This document shows, one piece after another, positions 1 to 10,374 of a stretch of DNA of 64,000 bases (positions within the stretch are counted from its first letter, which is position 1; every line of letters begins with the position of its first letter). The translations under genes were made by a program, and so were the position numbers. A model generated the notes under the pieces. The model did no database searches and was not told where the DNA came from. It saw nothing but the letters and a program-made list of their open reading frames with translations. This stretch comes from a bacterium (GTDB taxonomy: Bacteria > Zhuqueibacterota > Zhuqueibacteria > Residuimicrobiales > Krinioviventaceae), in assembly GCA_963675755.2 (NCBI GenBank), contig CAXXMD010000003.1, positions 2,016,001-2,080,000 on the forward strand, in the 5' to 3' direction.

Positions 1-927
1 GTTTCCAATCTGATTAATGTAACGGTCTCCCGAAAGACGAACGTTTCCTGTTTCTTTAACTCTATTGTGTCGAACAAGGTTAATTTTGTAATCAATGCAG
101 ATGCAAATGTTTCGGATATGGGTTATTCTTTTAAATTTGATGGAGATTCACTGTCGTTGAATTTTAAAATGATTGATTCAACGGAAACGCAAAAGATCTG
201 GACTTCTCCATTCATTCTTGAAAGCTCTGGATTGTACAAGTTGAACCTTGAATTTGATTATGCAAGCGGATTGACTGTTAAAGACAGTTTGTGGTTAACC
301 ACAATCCTGGGCAAAGGCCTGGGCAAAACACTTGCTAGCTCGGATCGACAGTTGTTGATTGATATCCCCGAGACTACAAATGAACGGGATGTATATATCC
401 TCAAAGAAACCAATACGGATAACAAGGTTTATACTTTGTCATATAATGGACCTGGTAAAAATATTTGGACCCGGGCAAAACCATCTGTAAATGGTGGAAG
501 CAGTTATTATTCTTTTTATTATGTTGAAAATGGTGAGTTGTTCTCAATAAGCACCAGTACGGATGGTGACGGGATGTACTATGCCTCGATTGAAACCGAC
601 AAGTCATTTACCTTTGGACCTTCAGATATGCCCGCAACTGAAGAGTATGTTTTGAAAGCCAAGATTGCATCTTATCCCAATCCTTTCAATAGCCGTGTCA
701 AGATACGCTATTTGTTAAACGGAGCGGGTAAAGCAGATGTGAGGATCTATAATATTCTGGGTCAGGCAGTACTTGTTCATGAATACAATTCCCTGGAAAC
801 CGGAATACAAGAGTTTTCGTGGGATGGAACAAATAAATTTTCCAATCCTGTTCCATCGGGAGTTTATTTTATTCAAATTCACACAAGAGATAATGTATTA
901 ACTCAAAAGGTGCTGTTGATACGATGA
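1..927 (+). CDS. Secreted protein with C-terminal Por/T9SS type-A sorting domain and FlgD-Ig-like region (5' partial)
   Basis: Frame is open from base 1, with no stop before the ORF-track start at 67. The C-terminus YPNPFN...IYNILGQ...WDG...SGVYFI...TQKVLLIR is the typical sorting-domain pattern. Confidence 0.85.
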   Translation, partial: VSNLINVTVSRKTNVSCFFNSIVSNKVNFVINADANVSDMGYSFKFDGDSLSLNFKMIDSTETQKIWTSPFILESSGLYKLNLEFDYASGLTVKDSLWLTTILGKGLGKTLASSDRQLLIDIPETTNERDVYILKETNTDNKVYTLSYNGPGKNIWTRAKPSVNGGSSYYSFYYVENGELFSISTSTDGDGMYYASIETDKSFTFGPSDMPATEEYVLKAKIASYPNPFNSRVKIRYLLNGAGKADVRIYNILGQAVLVHEYNSLETGIQEFSWDGTNKFSNPVPSGVYFIQIHTRDNVLTQKVLLIR

Positions 928-1574
928 AGAGATTATTTTATATATTGATTGCTGGAATTCTGTCCTTCCATTGCGGTTCAAGTCCCACAGAACCGGACAA
1001 TTCGGGTGGCTCAGGTTCAAGTGTAGACGAACTGCTAAGTTCCGGCTGGAATGAATTCGAAAATTATAAATATGACAATGCTAAATCTTATTTTGATCAG
1101 GCATTGGTTAAAGAGCCCTCTAATGGTAATGCCAATTTGGGTAAAGGATGGTCATTGTTGATGAAAGGCAGCAATCATTATCAACTTGCTATTACTGCAT
1201 TGGAAAATGCAATGACGGATGCTGCACCTGAATCAGACTGCCGGGCTGGTATCATTCTGGCAAAATTTAATCAGGAAAGATATGACGAGATTACTCCACT
1301 CGTTGATTATTTTGTAAAAACTTTTCCCAAATATGTTTTCGATTATGACACCAACATTGACTGGCGGGATATGTTATTGATGAAGGCACAGGCACAATAT
1401 TTTACACGCCAATATAAATCATCATGGACAACAGTGCAAAAATTGACATCCGATTTTAATTACATTGATCCTGATGCATCGGCAACCTGGATTATTGAAA
1501 ATCAGACTTTTTTTTCGTTCGAAGCTGTATTGTCTAGAATCATTTATATTGTATCAGAAACCTATAAATATTAA
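924..1574 (+). CDS. TPR-like lipoprotein
   Basis: Signal peptide with lipobox-like LSFHC, Ser/Gly linker, helical repeats (GWNEFENYKYDNAKSYFDQAL...ANLGKGW); ATGA overlap with the upstream stop. Confidence 0.75.
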   Translation: MKRLFYILIAGILSFHCGSSPTEPDNSGGSGSSVDELLSSGWNEFENYKYDNAKSYFDQALVKEPSNGNANLGKGWSLLMKGSNHYQLAITALENAMTDAAPESDCRAGIILAKFNQERYDEITPLVDYFVKTFPKYVFDYDTNIDWRDMLLMKAQAQYFTRQYKSSWTTVQKLTSDFNYIDPDASATWIIENQTFFSFEAVLSRIIYIVSETYKY

Positions 1575-3223
1575 TGGATAATTTAATGAAACACGTTCTC
1601 AAAATTCTAATAGTTCTGGTGGCCTCTGGTATGTGGGGATGTGAATTATATGATACATTAACGGGTGTTGAACCCAATACCCGTCCGACTATATTATTAA
1701 AAGTAGAAGATACTACTCCTGATATAGGTACCACTCAGACCATTACAGCTGAAATTTATGATCCTGATGAGAATGACGAGGTAACCGTTACCTGGGAAGT
1801 CTCTGCCGGTGAATTATCGCAAACTCATGGTACATCTATTGACTGGACCGCTCCCATGGATACGGCTACGGTATCTATAATTGCTACAGCAACGGATACA
1901 AAAGAGGGTGTAGCTCATAAAGAAGTTATCATTTATGTAGGTAACGCACCACCCAAGATTAACAGCTTTACTGTGAGTTCAGCACATGTTGTGTCTGGTA
2001 ACTCTGTGAACTTGACCTGTAGTGCTACTGATCCTGAAGGCGGCGAGCTGACTTATGTATTCAAAGTATTGGAAGAGACGGGTGAGCTGGACCATGCTGA
2101 AGATACTGATTCTACCGCTGTATGGACCTCTCCATCTAATACCGGTGGTTCAGAGGTTTATAAAATTGCGGTTTTTGTTTCAGACGAGCTGAATTTTACT
2201 TCTTCTGATACACTGGATGTGCTTGTTTACTCGAATTATGGATCATTATGGGTTGTTGATAGCGACCATAAAACATTGACAAAGTATACCAGTAATGGAT
2301 ACAAGATCTTGACTTCCTCACAGTCGTTTTCTTCTCCTGTGGCAATTGCAGGTGCGGTTGACGAGCTTGGCGGATGTTTTGTGGCAGATCAGGGCTCTGA
2401 TCAGGTATATAAACTGGATTATAACGGCAATCGGCTTGAAACCTATTCCGGAATTTCACATGTCATTGATATAGCGTTACACCAATATACACAAAAATTA
2501 TGGGCACTGAGTTATAATGACGGTACTGTTACAGTTATAGATCAGCGCACAGGCAATGTAGAGAAAACCCTGTTTGGATTTGAACAACCCACACAGATTG
2601 ATATCAATCAATACAATGGTGATGTATGGATAGTTGAAGAAGGTAATAACCGAGTTATTCAATTCAATATTACCAATGGTGTTGATACACTACCGGATTC
2701 GTTGCACCATATGATTGCACTTGGCGATACTGTTATGGGAGAAGGTGCAATGGATTTTACAACCGATTTTAATGGTCCCATGGATTTGTTTATACATCAT
2801 CGAACTGATATGGATTTGTCTCAGGTATTTATTGCGGATACGTACGATAACCAGATTGAACGATTCAGTTTCCGTGATGGAACTTATCAACGGTTGGCCC
2901 CAGTTAGTCCCTTGTCTGCATCTCCTCAGCTTTTAGGTGTAATTACTGTTAATTTGGTTGATATGGTATTGGTCATAAATGCAAGTGGAGATTTGGAACT
3001 GTTTGAAATAAACAATGTACTGCAAAAACATTCTCTAAGTGGGAATTATCAGTTTGTTAAACCTCAGGTGTTAACCATAGAAAAATCTACAGGTGAATGC
3101 TGGATTGGTGATAATGGTACGAACCAGCTGGTCAAGATCAAGATTGAGAATACAAATTCTTTTACAGTACAAAGAAGATTGGATGGATTTTTATCTATTC
3201 GGGATATTGTTATAAACCGATAG
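1574..3223 (+). CDS. Lipoprotein with two Ig/PKD-like domains and an NHL-like beta-propeller
   Basis: Lipobox-like GMWGC (likely start 1586, MKHVLK). Two beta-rich repeats (DPDENDEVTVTW / DPEGGELTYVF, WTAP / WTSP) and blades such as LWVVD, CFVADQGSDQV, VWIVEEGNNRV, CWIGDNGTNQL. Confidence 0.7.
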   Translation: MDNLMKHVLKILIVLVASGMWGCELYDTLTGVEPNTRPTILLKVEDTTPDIGTTQTITAEIYDPDENDEVTVTWEVSAGELSQTHGTSIDWTAPMDTATVSIIATATDTKEGVAHKEVIIYVGNAPPKINSFTVSSAHVVSGNSVNLTCSATDPEGGELTYVFKVLEETGELDHAEDTDSTAVWTSPSNTGGSEVYKIAVFVSDELNFTSSDTLDVLVYSNYGSLWVVDSDHKTLTKYTSNGYKILTSSQSFSSPVAIAGAVDELGGCFVADQGSDQVYKLDYNGNRLETYSGISHVIDIALHQYTQKLWALSYNDGTVTVIDQRTGNVEKTLFGFEQPTQIDINQYNGDVWIVEEGNNRVIQFNITNGVDTLPDSLHHMIALGDTVMGEGAMDFTTDFNGPMDLFIHHRTDMDLSQVFIADTYDNQIERFSFRDGTYQRLAPVSPLSASPQLLGVITVNLVDMVLVINASGDLELFEINNVLQKHSLSGNYQFVKPQVLTIEKSTGECWIGDNGTNQLVKIKIENTNSFTVQRRLDGFLSIRDIVINR

Positions 3224-3243
3224 GATAAATGAAGCAAGGGGGA

Positions 3244-3576
3244 TTACCCACCCACTTTTTTACATTTAATACCCAATTTTTCCAAATGGGTGATAATTGG
3301 TTCACGTCTGTCACCCTGTATTTCTATTATACCTTGTTTCGCGGTACCACCTGTTCCAAGTAATTGTTTTAGCTGGCGGGCAATATCGTTCAAATGGGTA
3401 GGATTTACCTGTAATCCTTCTATAATTGTAACACTTTTCCCTTTACGTCCTTTACGGTCAATGCGGATTTTGGCCGTTTGCCCGGATAAGGGTTTATCAG
3501 GAATTTCTGCTTTTGATTCCTGTTCTATCTTGATATCAGGATTAGTGGAATACACCCGTTTTGAATTTTTTTCCAT
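3244..3576 (-). CDS. yciH: Translation initiation factor SUI1/YciH family protein
   Basis: RKGRKGKSVTIIEGL...LKQLLGTGGT...IEIQGD signature. Confidence 0.9.
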   Translation of the reverse strand: MEKNSKRVYSTNPDIKIEQESKAEIPDKPLSGQTAKIRIDRKGRKGKSVTIIEGLQVNPTHLNDIARQLKQLLGTGGTAKQGIIEIQGDRREPIITHLEKLGIKCKKVGG

Positions 3577-3788
3577 TACATCGCCTTTCTTGATTGTTCT
3601 ATAAATTTAACAATAATCTGCCTATATGAAAACGAAAAATAAACTTTGGAGGCATTTTCATATTGCAGCAGGATGCAGTGCAAATATTACAGGAAAATAT
3701 ACTTGATTTTTGACGCTGTGGGTTGTATCTTGTTTAGTTTTAGGTATTCGTTTTTGATTTTGTATAAATTTTTAATATTAGGATAATA

Positions 3789-6700
3789 GTGAAGTTAGCA
3801 GAACTAAATGTTGTGGGATTCAAGTCTTTTGCCAAAAAAACGCATGTAGTTTTTCATGATGGTATGACGGCTATTGTGGGGCCTAATGGCTGTGGTAAAA
3901 GCAATATTGTAGACGCCATTCGATGGGTAATGGGTGAGCAAAAAAGTGGCGTTTTACGTAGTGATAAAATGGATAATGTTATTTTTGCCGGATCTGCGAG
4001 TGCAAAACCGGTTGGTATGGCTGAGGTATCGCTCAAAGTTGAAAATACCAACAATCTCTTGCCTGTTGATTACTCTGAAGTTGTGATTACCAGGCGTTTG
4101 TTTCGTTCCGGTGAAAGTCAGTATTTGATTAATGGAAACCAATGCCGTTTAAAAGACATAAACGATTTGTTTATGGATACTGGAATGGCCTTGGGTTCTT
4201 ATTCTGTAATAGAACTGCCACAGGTTGAACGTTTATTGAACGGCAAGCCTGAAGAACGTAGAAAAATATTTGAAGAAGCAGCAGGTATAACAAAGTATAA
4301 AATTCGTCGCAAAGCTTCATTGCGCAAACTTGAAAGTACAGAAAAAGATCTGCTTCGTATAGAAGATATTTTATCAGAGGTGGAAAAAACCACCCGGTCT
4401 TTACGCAGGCAGGTTTCCAAAGCTGAAAAATATCAGGAATACTCCAGCGAGTTGAAAAAGCTGGAAATTTTATTTGCAGAATATGAATATGCAAGATTGA
4501 TGAACGAGCTTGATCCTTTGCAGAAAAAGTTTAATATCATTCGTGATGAACGTGAAGGAATCTCTACCAATCTTGTAAAGCATGAAACTTCGTTCGAGTC
4601 TCTTCGCAATACGCTTTTGGATCTTGAAAAGAAATTATCAGAAGGCCAGCGGGATTATAATACTAAAAATCACGAAATACAAAAATTTGAAGAACGCATT
4701 CTTGTCAATAGTGAACGTATCCGCAGTTTAAAAGAAGCTTGTGATCGATATGTTGAAGAGCAAAAAGTACAAAAAGCCCGAGCGGAAGAGCTTTCAACAA
4801 CCAGTGATGAATCTCATTACGACCTGAAAAATGCAAAAAAAGAACATTTGGCAGCTCAGGAAAAATATGAAATTCACAATGATCAGTTTAAAGGTCTGCG
4901 TGAAGAGTATGAGCAAAAACGCAGTCAGGTAAAAGAAGCGGAAATGCTCGTACTTCGGTATACGGAAGAATTGAGTCGGACTCAGAACGAAGGTGAGCGC
5001 TTAAAGGCTACCGAAGAAAATCTGAGCAGCCGTTTAAAGCAGATCACAGAAGAAAGTGAGAATCAAACCCGGCGACTGGGTGATTTGGTTGAACAGATCA
5101 AATCTACTGATGAACAAAAAAAGTCTCTTGAAGAAGAGTTACTAAAGAAAAAAAGTAACCTTGATAAAATAAACAAAGAAACCCTCGAAGCAAAAAGTTC
5201 TCTTGAAAGTCTGCAAAAATCAGAGATGCAGGACAGGAACCGTATTGAAGTGCTTGAAAATCAGGCAGAAATGGTTAAACGGTTACTGGAAAGCTACCAG
5301 GATTACCCTGCAGGTGTTCGATATCTGGCAACCAATCAAACCGACCATTTCCATACATTTGGTGCTATTGCCAATCTGTTGCATATGCCGCAAGAGTATC
5401 GTCCGGCCATTGCTGCAGCATTGGGTGATGCTGCCACATATTTGATCGTTGAAGATATGAATACTGCATTTAATGGTATTGGTTTGTTGCAGCAGGATAA
5501 AAAAGGAACAGCGTCTTTTCTGCCTTTTAAACGTATCAAAGCATCAGTGCTTGATCAACCCAAAATTGATGACCTGGGTATTATTGGCTGGGCAAACCAG
5601 GTTGTGCAATGTGAACCTCAATATCAACCCATTTTAGATTTACTCCTTGGTAATTTTTTGATTGTACAGGATCTTGAAACTGCCAACAGGTTGTTTGATT
5701 CTTTTAAAGGTCATAAAACCAATCTTGTTACTTTGAATGGTGAAGTACTGGGCTATTGGGGAATTGTTAAGGGCGGAAGCTTGAACAAAAAGCAACTGGA
5801 CTTTGTTGGACGTGAAGAACAGTTAAAAGAGCTTTTGGAAGAGATCGAACAGCTGAAAGCAACTGTAGAGCAGAGACGTTTGATTATTGCTCAACGAAAT
5901 GAACAGATCAGTGCAGCTGCTTCCGAAGCTGAGGCATTGTCTGTTTCTATTCAAAACCTGGAAGAACTTGTATCGTCCAAACGTCTTGAATTGGGTCAAA
6001 TGCAGTTTGAAGAGCAATCTATAAAAGAACTGCTCAAAGACCGGGATAATGAAAAGCAGAACTTGATACAGCAAATGGGTCAGGTTGATGAAAATCTGAA
6101 AAATAAAAGTTCAGATACTCAGGATATTGAAACCAAACGCCAAAAAGTTGCAGAGCAGACCCAGGTCTTGAATGAAGAACAAAAGGTACTTGAAGATAAA
6201 TTAAATCAGGCTGCCGGCATTGTTCAGGAAATGCAAATCAAAGTTGCAAAAATGCAAAGTGTTTACGAATCTCGTCAGCGAGAGGTTGATTCCTTACAAA
6301 ATCAATTGCATGAAGCGAACCGGATGATCCAGCTTCGTGAAGAAGAAACACGTCGTGCCGGTGAAGAAATAGAAGAGCTTGATGAGATAAATAAAACGTA
6401 TCAGGAAAATATTAAAGAGCTTACTGAAAAACGGGAAGAAATACATAAAAGTCTTGAAGCTTTAAAAGAACAACAATACCAGATCAACGTTCAGGTTGAT
6501 GTAAATGAAAAAGATATTAAAAGCATAAGATCAAGATCAGAAGAATTGTCTGAATCTGTTCATCAGGTAGAATTGCGTATTTCAGAGTTGAAAATGAATG
6601 TTGAGAACCTGAAGAACAGAATGATAGAAGAGTATGAATATACATTAAAAAAAGAACTTGTTGAAGAAAATTTTGATTATGCTGAAACTAAAGATACAAT

Positions 6701-7367
6701 AACGCAGTTAAAAGAAAAGATAAAAGCGTTTGGTCCTGTGAATCTCTTGGCATTAAAAGAATTTGAAAAGGAAAAAGAGCGTCTTGAATTTTTAACAACA
6801 CAACGAGACGATCTGATCAAAGCACGCCAAGATCTTAAAGACGCAATTACCCTGATCAATAAAACGGCCAGGGACAAGTTTGTTGGTACATTTGAAGAAA
6901 TAAAAAAGAATTTTTCAGAGGTTTTTAAAACATTTTTTGAGGGCGGGAGAGCTGATATTGTTCTGAGAGAGGGTGATGATCCACTTGAAGCAGATATTGA
7001 TATTTTTGCTACACCGGGTGGAAAAAGATTATCCTCATTGGCACTTATGTCTGGTGGTGAGAAATCATTGACCGCTGTTTCCCTCTTGTTTGCCATCTAT
7101 CTTGTAAAACCCAGTCCATTCTGTATTTTTGATGAGGTTGATGCTCCCTTGGACGATTTAAATGTGAACCGTTTTGCAAAGGCATTGCAGGAATACTCGG
7201 AAAATACCCAGTTTATTGTTGTTACCCATAACAAGCTTACTATGAGGGCTGCAAAGCAGCTATATGGTGTAACCATGCAAGAACAAGGTGTTTCAAAAGT
7301 GGTTTCGGTCAAGTTTGATTCTGCACTGGAAATAACCCAAAATGAACAGGCAGTACCTGCCGAATAA
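3789..7367 (+). CDS. smc: Chromosome segregation protein SMC
   Basis: GFKSF, Walker A GPNGCGKSN, long coiled coils with central hinge, signature MSGGEKS, Walker B/D-loop FDEVDAPLD, VTHN; 1192 aa. Confidence 0.97.
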   Translation: MKLAELNVVGFKSFAKKTHVVFHDGMTAIVGPNGCGKSNIVDAIRWVMGEQKSGVLRSDKMDNVIFAGSASAKPVGMAEVSLKVENTNNLLPVDYSEVVITRRLFRSGESQYLINGNQCRLKDINDLFMDTGMALGSYSVIELPQVERLLNGKPEERRKIFEEAAGITKYKIRRKASLRKLESTEKDLLRIEDILSEVEKTTRSLRRQVSKAEKYQEYSSELKKLEILFAEYEYARLMNELDPLQKKFNIIRDEREGISTNLVKHETSFESLRNTLLDLEKKLSEGQRDYNTKNHEIQKFEERILVNSERIRSLKEACDRYVEEQKVQKARAEELSTTSDESHYDLKNAKKEHLAAQEKYEIHNDQFKGLREEYEQKRSQVKEAEMLVLRYTEELSRTQNEGERLKATEENLSSRLKQITEESENQTRRLGDLVEQIKSTDEQKKSLEEELLKKKSNLDKINKETLEAKSSLESLQKSEMQDRNRIEVLENQAEMVKRLLESYQDYPAGVRYLATNQTDHFHTFGAIANLLHMPQEYRPAIAAALGDAATYLIVEDMNTAFNGIGLLQQDKKGTASFLPFKRIKASVLDQPKIDDLGIIGWANQVVQCEPQYQPILDLLLGNFLIVQDLETANRLFDSFKGHKTNLVTLNGEVLGYWGIVKGGSLNKKQLDFVGREEQLKELLEEIEQLKATVEQRRLIIAQRNEQISAAASEAEALSVSIQNLEELVSSKRLELGQMQFEEQSIKELLKDRDNEKQNLIQQMGQVDENLKNKSSDTQDIETKRQKVAEQTQVLNEEQKVLEDKLNQAAGIVQEMQIKVAKMQSVYESRQREVDSLQNQLHEANRMIQLREEETRRAGEEIEELDEINKTYQENIKELTEKREEIHKSLEALKEQQYQINVQVDVNEKDIKSIRSRSEELSESVHQVELRISELKMNVENLKNRMIEEYEYTLKKELVEENFDYAETKDTITQLKEKIKAFGPVNLLALKEFEKEKERLEFLTTQRDDLIKARQDLKDAITLINKTARDKFVGTFEEIKKNFSEVFKTFFEGGRADIVLREGDDPLEADIDIFATPGGKRLSSLALMSGGEKSLTAVSLLFAIYLVKPSPFCIFDEVDAPLDDLNVNRFAKALQEYSENTQFIVVTHNKLTMRAAKQLYGVTMQEQGVSKVVSVKFDSALEITQNEQAVPAE

Positions 7368-7385
7368 TTTAAAAGGAGGGTAACC

Positions 7386-8891
7386 ATGCAAAACAACAAA
7401 GTAAAAGGGCTTTTTCTTTTTGTCAGTCTGGTAGTGTTGCTGACAAGCGGTGTATCCCTGTTGTTTGCTCAAGATGAAGCTGCCACCCCTGCGGCAGAAG
7501 ATAGTTCTGCAGTCGGAACTCCACGGTTTGAATTTGCCCTGGATATGAACCGTTTCAGATATGCAGACAGTTTAACCTATCTGGAATATTCAATTGCGAT
7601 TTTTCAATCCATGTTACAGTTTGTAGAAACCGAAGACAATTTGTACATGGGACAATTTGTCGTTTCTTCGGAACTCTTGCAAGCAGATTCTGTTATTGCT
7701 CAAAAAGAATGGATGAATGTCAACAAAGTTGACAGCCTGGGACAGATAAATTACAATCAGCGTTTATATACGATCAGTAGCTTTGTGTTAAATCCCGGAG
7801 ATTATAAACTCAAAGTTCAAGTATCTGATCCTAACAATGCAAACAGCATTGCTCGTGGAGAGTTTCCTGTCAAAATAGATCCTTTTGATAATGAAAAATT
7901 ATTAATCTCTGATGTACAAGTTGCATCCTCCATTGCTAGAAGTGAAGAAAATAATCCATTCGTTAAAAATGGATTTCAAATTATACCTAATCCCTCTTAT
8001 TTGTATGGAATTGGGCTTCCTATGCTTTATTGCTATTCTGAAGTTTACAATTTGGTAGAAGCGGAATCTGATTCAGGGCAGTATTATGGTGTGTCTTATA
8101 CCATTTCTGACCGGGATGGCAAAGAAGTAAAATCATTGCCCGAGAAATTGAGAAAGAAACCCGGTAAATCATCGGTTGAGGTTAACAGCATAAATGTAGT
8201 AACATTAGTTTCGGGTCCTTATACTTTGAATACTATTGTGGAAGATAAAGAATCCGGCCAAAAAGCTAATTTTAAGCGAAAATTTTATGTTTATCGTGAT
8301 GGTGATTTCAAAGAAGGTGGAGAATTATACGCCAACAAGGAAGAAATTACAGGTGAAGGTAGTGCCGGACTGGATGCGCATCGTTATGATGTAATGTCTG
8401 AAAAAGAAATTGATAAAGAATTTGATATTGCCAAGTATATAGCTACCCGTGAAGAAAAATCTACCTATAAACGCTTAAATCATGATGGTAAAAAAGAGTT
8501 TATAAGATCTTTTTGGGCCAGAAGAGATAAAACCCCGGGAACTGATGCAAATGAGTTTAAAGAAGATTATTTGGGCCGGGTTAAAAAAGCCAATAACAAT
8601 TATAAAGGCGGTTTTAAAGAAGGCTGGAAAAGTGATCGTGGTAGAATATTGCTTATCTATGGTGAGCCTGATGAAGTAGAAAGACATCCCTCAGGCATGG
8701 AAACACGACCTTATGAGATTTGGCAATATCATTACTTGCAGGGTGGAGTGGCTTTTGCCTTTGTAGATCGTAGGGGAATGGGAGAATTTGAATTGGTCCA
8801 TTCTACAGCGAGAGGTGAGTTGTATGACGCTCAATGGCAGCGTTGGATTTATCCTGACAATGAATCTACTTATAATAGTAATATGTATTAA
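7386..8891 (+). CDS. GWxTD domain-containing exported protein
   Basis: Signal peptide; C-terminal FWARRD.TPGT..NEFKEDY..R...AN.....GWKSDRGRILLIYGEPD...YEIWQY. Confidence 0.88.
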   Translation: MQNNKVKGLFLFVSLVVLLTSGVSLLFAQDEAATPAAEDSSAVGTPRFEFALDMNRFRYADSLTYLEYSIAIFQSMLQFVETEDNLYMGQFVVSSELLQADSVIAQKEWMNVNKVDSLGQINYNQRLYTISSFVLNPGDYKLKVQVSDPNNANSIARGEFPVKIDPFDNEKLLISDVQVASSIARSEENNPFVKNGFQIIPNPSYLYGIGLPMLYCYSEVYNLVEAESDSGQYYGVSYTISDRDGKEVKSLPEKLRKKPGKSSVEVNSINVVTLVSGPYTLNTIVEDKESGQKANFKRKFYVYRDGDFKEGGELYANKEEITGEGSAGLDAHRYDVMSEKEIDKEFDIAKYIATREEKSTYKRLNHDGKKEFIRSFWARRDKTPGTDANEFKEDYLGRVKKANNNYKGGFKEGWKSDRGRILLIYGEPDEVERHPSGMETRPYEIWQYHYLQGGVAFAFVDRRGMGEFELVHSTARGELYDAQWQRWIYPDNESTYNSNMY

Positions 8892-8919
8892 AAAAGGCCG
8901 CGAAAGCGGCCTTTTTTTT
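8891..8919 (+). terminator. Intrinsic terminator after the smc-GWxTD genes
   Basis: GGCCGC-GAAA-GCGGCC hairpin followed by T8 and preceded by an A-tract. Confidence 0.9.
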
Positions 8920-9017
8920 ATAAACATATTTTCTTTTTCTTATGGCATTTCTATTAATTACTTTCTATATTGAATTATATTTTAGTTTGACATCAGCTTA
9001 ATAAAAGGGAGAGTTGT

Positions 9018-10307
9018 ATGCGCAACGTGATGACTATCATTTTGGGAGGGGGGAGAGGTACACGTCTACATCCATTGACGAAACTCAGGGCAAAACCTGC
9101 TGTTCCCCTGGCTGGAAAGTACAGACTTATTGATATCCCCATCAGTAACAGTATTAATTCGGGCATCCAAAAGATTTATATCATGACCCAATTCAATTCC
9201 GCATCTTTGAACAGACATGTTGGTCTGACGTATCATTTTTCACCGTTTTCTGAGGGATTTATTGAAATCCTTGCTGCCCAGCAAACTCCTGAACGCTCTG
9301 ACTGGTTCCAAGGTACTGCTGATGCTGTTCGGCAATATTTACATACGATTAAAGAAGTTCCGGTGAGTGAATTTCTGATATTATCCGGAGATCATTTGTA
9401 TCGTATGGATTACCGCCCTTTTATTAAAATGCATCGGGATTCAAAAGCAGATCTTACAATATCTGTTGTTCCTGTAGAAGAAGAAAAAGCTTCTGATTTT
9501 GGTTTGATGAAAATTGATGACAAGGGAGCTATTGTAGAATTTTCGGAAAAGCCTAAAGGTCAGGCTTTGCAGGAGATGAAAGTTGACACAACTGTATTAG
9601 GGCTAACGCCTGAAGAAGCGGAACGCAAACCTTATATTGCGTCTATGGGTATTTATGTGTTTAAACGGGATGCGTTAATTAAACTTTTGACGGAATTGGT
9701 AGATCAGCAGGATTTTGGTAAAGAGATTATACCGCATGCTATTGGTGAATATAACGTTCAGGCTTATCTCTTTAATGATTACTGGGAAGATATAGGTACT
9801 ATAGGTGCATATTATCAATGTAATATTGATCTTACAAAGTATGACAATCCTGATTTTAGTTTTTATGAAACCAATGCTCCCATTTTTACGCGTCAACGTT
9901 TCTTGCCTCCCTGCAAGCTTGTAAATACGGAATTAACAGAGACCATGATCTCAGAAGGATGTATTGTAATCAATGCCAAGATCAGGCGCTCAATTTTGGG
10001 AGTTCGGTCTTTTATTTCAGAAAATGTAACCATTGAAGATTCATTGATTTTAGGTAATGATTATTTTGAATCTGCTGAAAGACGTGAAGAAATCCACGAA
10101 AATGGAGAAATTCCTTTAGGTATTGGAAAGAATACATTTATCAAGCGCGCAATCATTGATAAAAATGCAAGAATTGGTCAGAATGTACGGATTGTAAACA
10201 AGGACAATCTTGAAGAATATGAAGATGATAAGCATGGTTACTGGATTAGAGATGGAATTGTCATTGTGACCAAAAATGCTGTAATTCCTGATGGAACAGT
10301 AATATAA
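9018..10307 (+). CDS. glgC: Glucose-1-phosphate adenylyltransferase (ADP-glucose pyrophosphorylase)
   Basis: [70 protein letters not shown]; C-terminal beta-helix. Confidence 0.97.
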   Translation: MRNVMTIILGGGRGTRLHPLTKLRAKPAVPLAGKYRLIDIPISNSINSGIQKIYIMTQFNSASLNRHVGLTYHFSPFSEGFIEILAAQQTPERSDWFQGTADAVRQYLHTIKEVPVSEFLILSGDHLYRMDYRPFIKMHRDSKADLTISVVPVEEEKASDFGLMKIDDKGAIVEFSEKPKGQALQEMKVDTTVLGLTPEEAERKPYIASMGIYVFKRDALIKLLTELVDQQDFGKEIIPHAIGEYNVQAYLFNDYWEDIGTIGAYYQCNIDLTKYDNPDFSFYETNAPIFTRQRFLPPCKLVNTELTETMISEGCIVINAKIRRSILGVRSFISENVTIEDSLILGNDYFESAERREEIHENGEIPLGIGKNTFIKRAIIDKNARIGQNVRIVNKDNLEEYEDDKHGYWIRDGIVIVTKNAVIPDGTVI

Positions 10308-10374
10308 TTTTGAATAAAACAACAGTTACATGTGTAATACTAGTATGTAACGTAATCTAAATAAGGAAAGACCT

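Noticed and set aside
8943-8958. TGGCA motif upstream of glgC as a sigma-54 promoter
   Set aside because: The -12 GC is absent (TTAA at that position).
10326-10346. TTACATGTGTAA / ATACTAGTAT palindromes upstream of hflK resembling the 59.6 kb repeat core
   Set aside because: Short, AT-rich, single copy and with no associated -24/-12 motif; could be chance.
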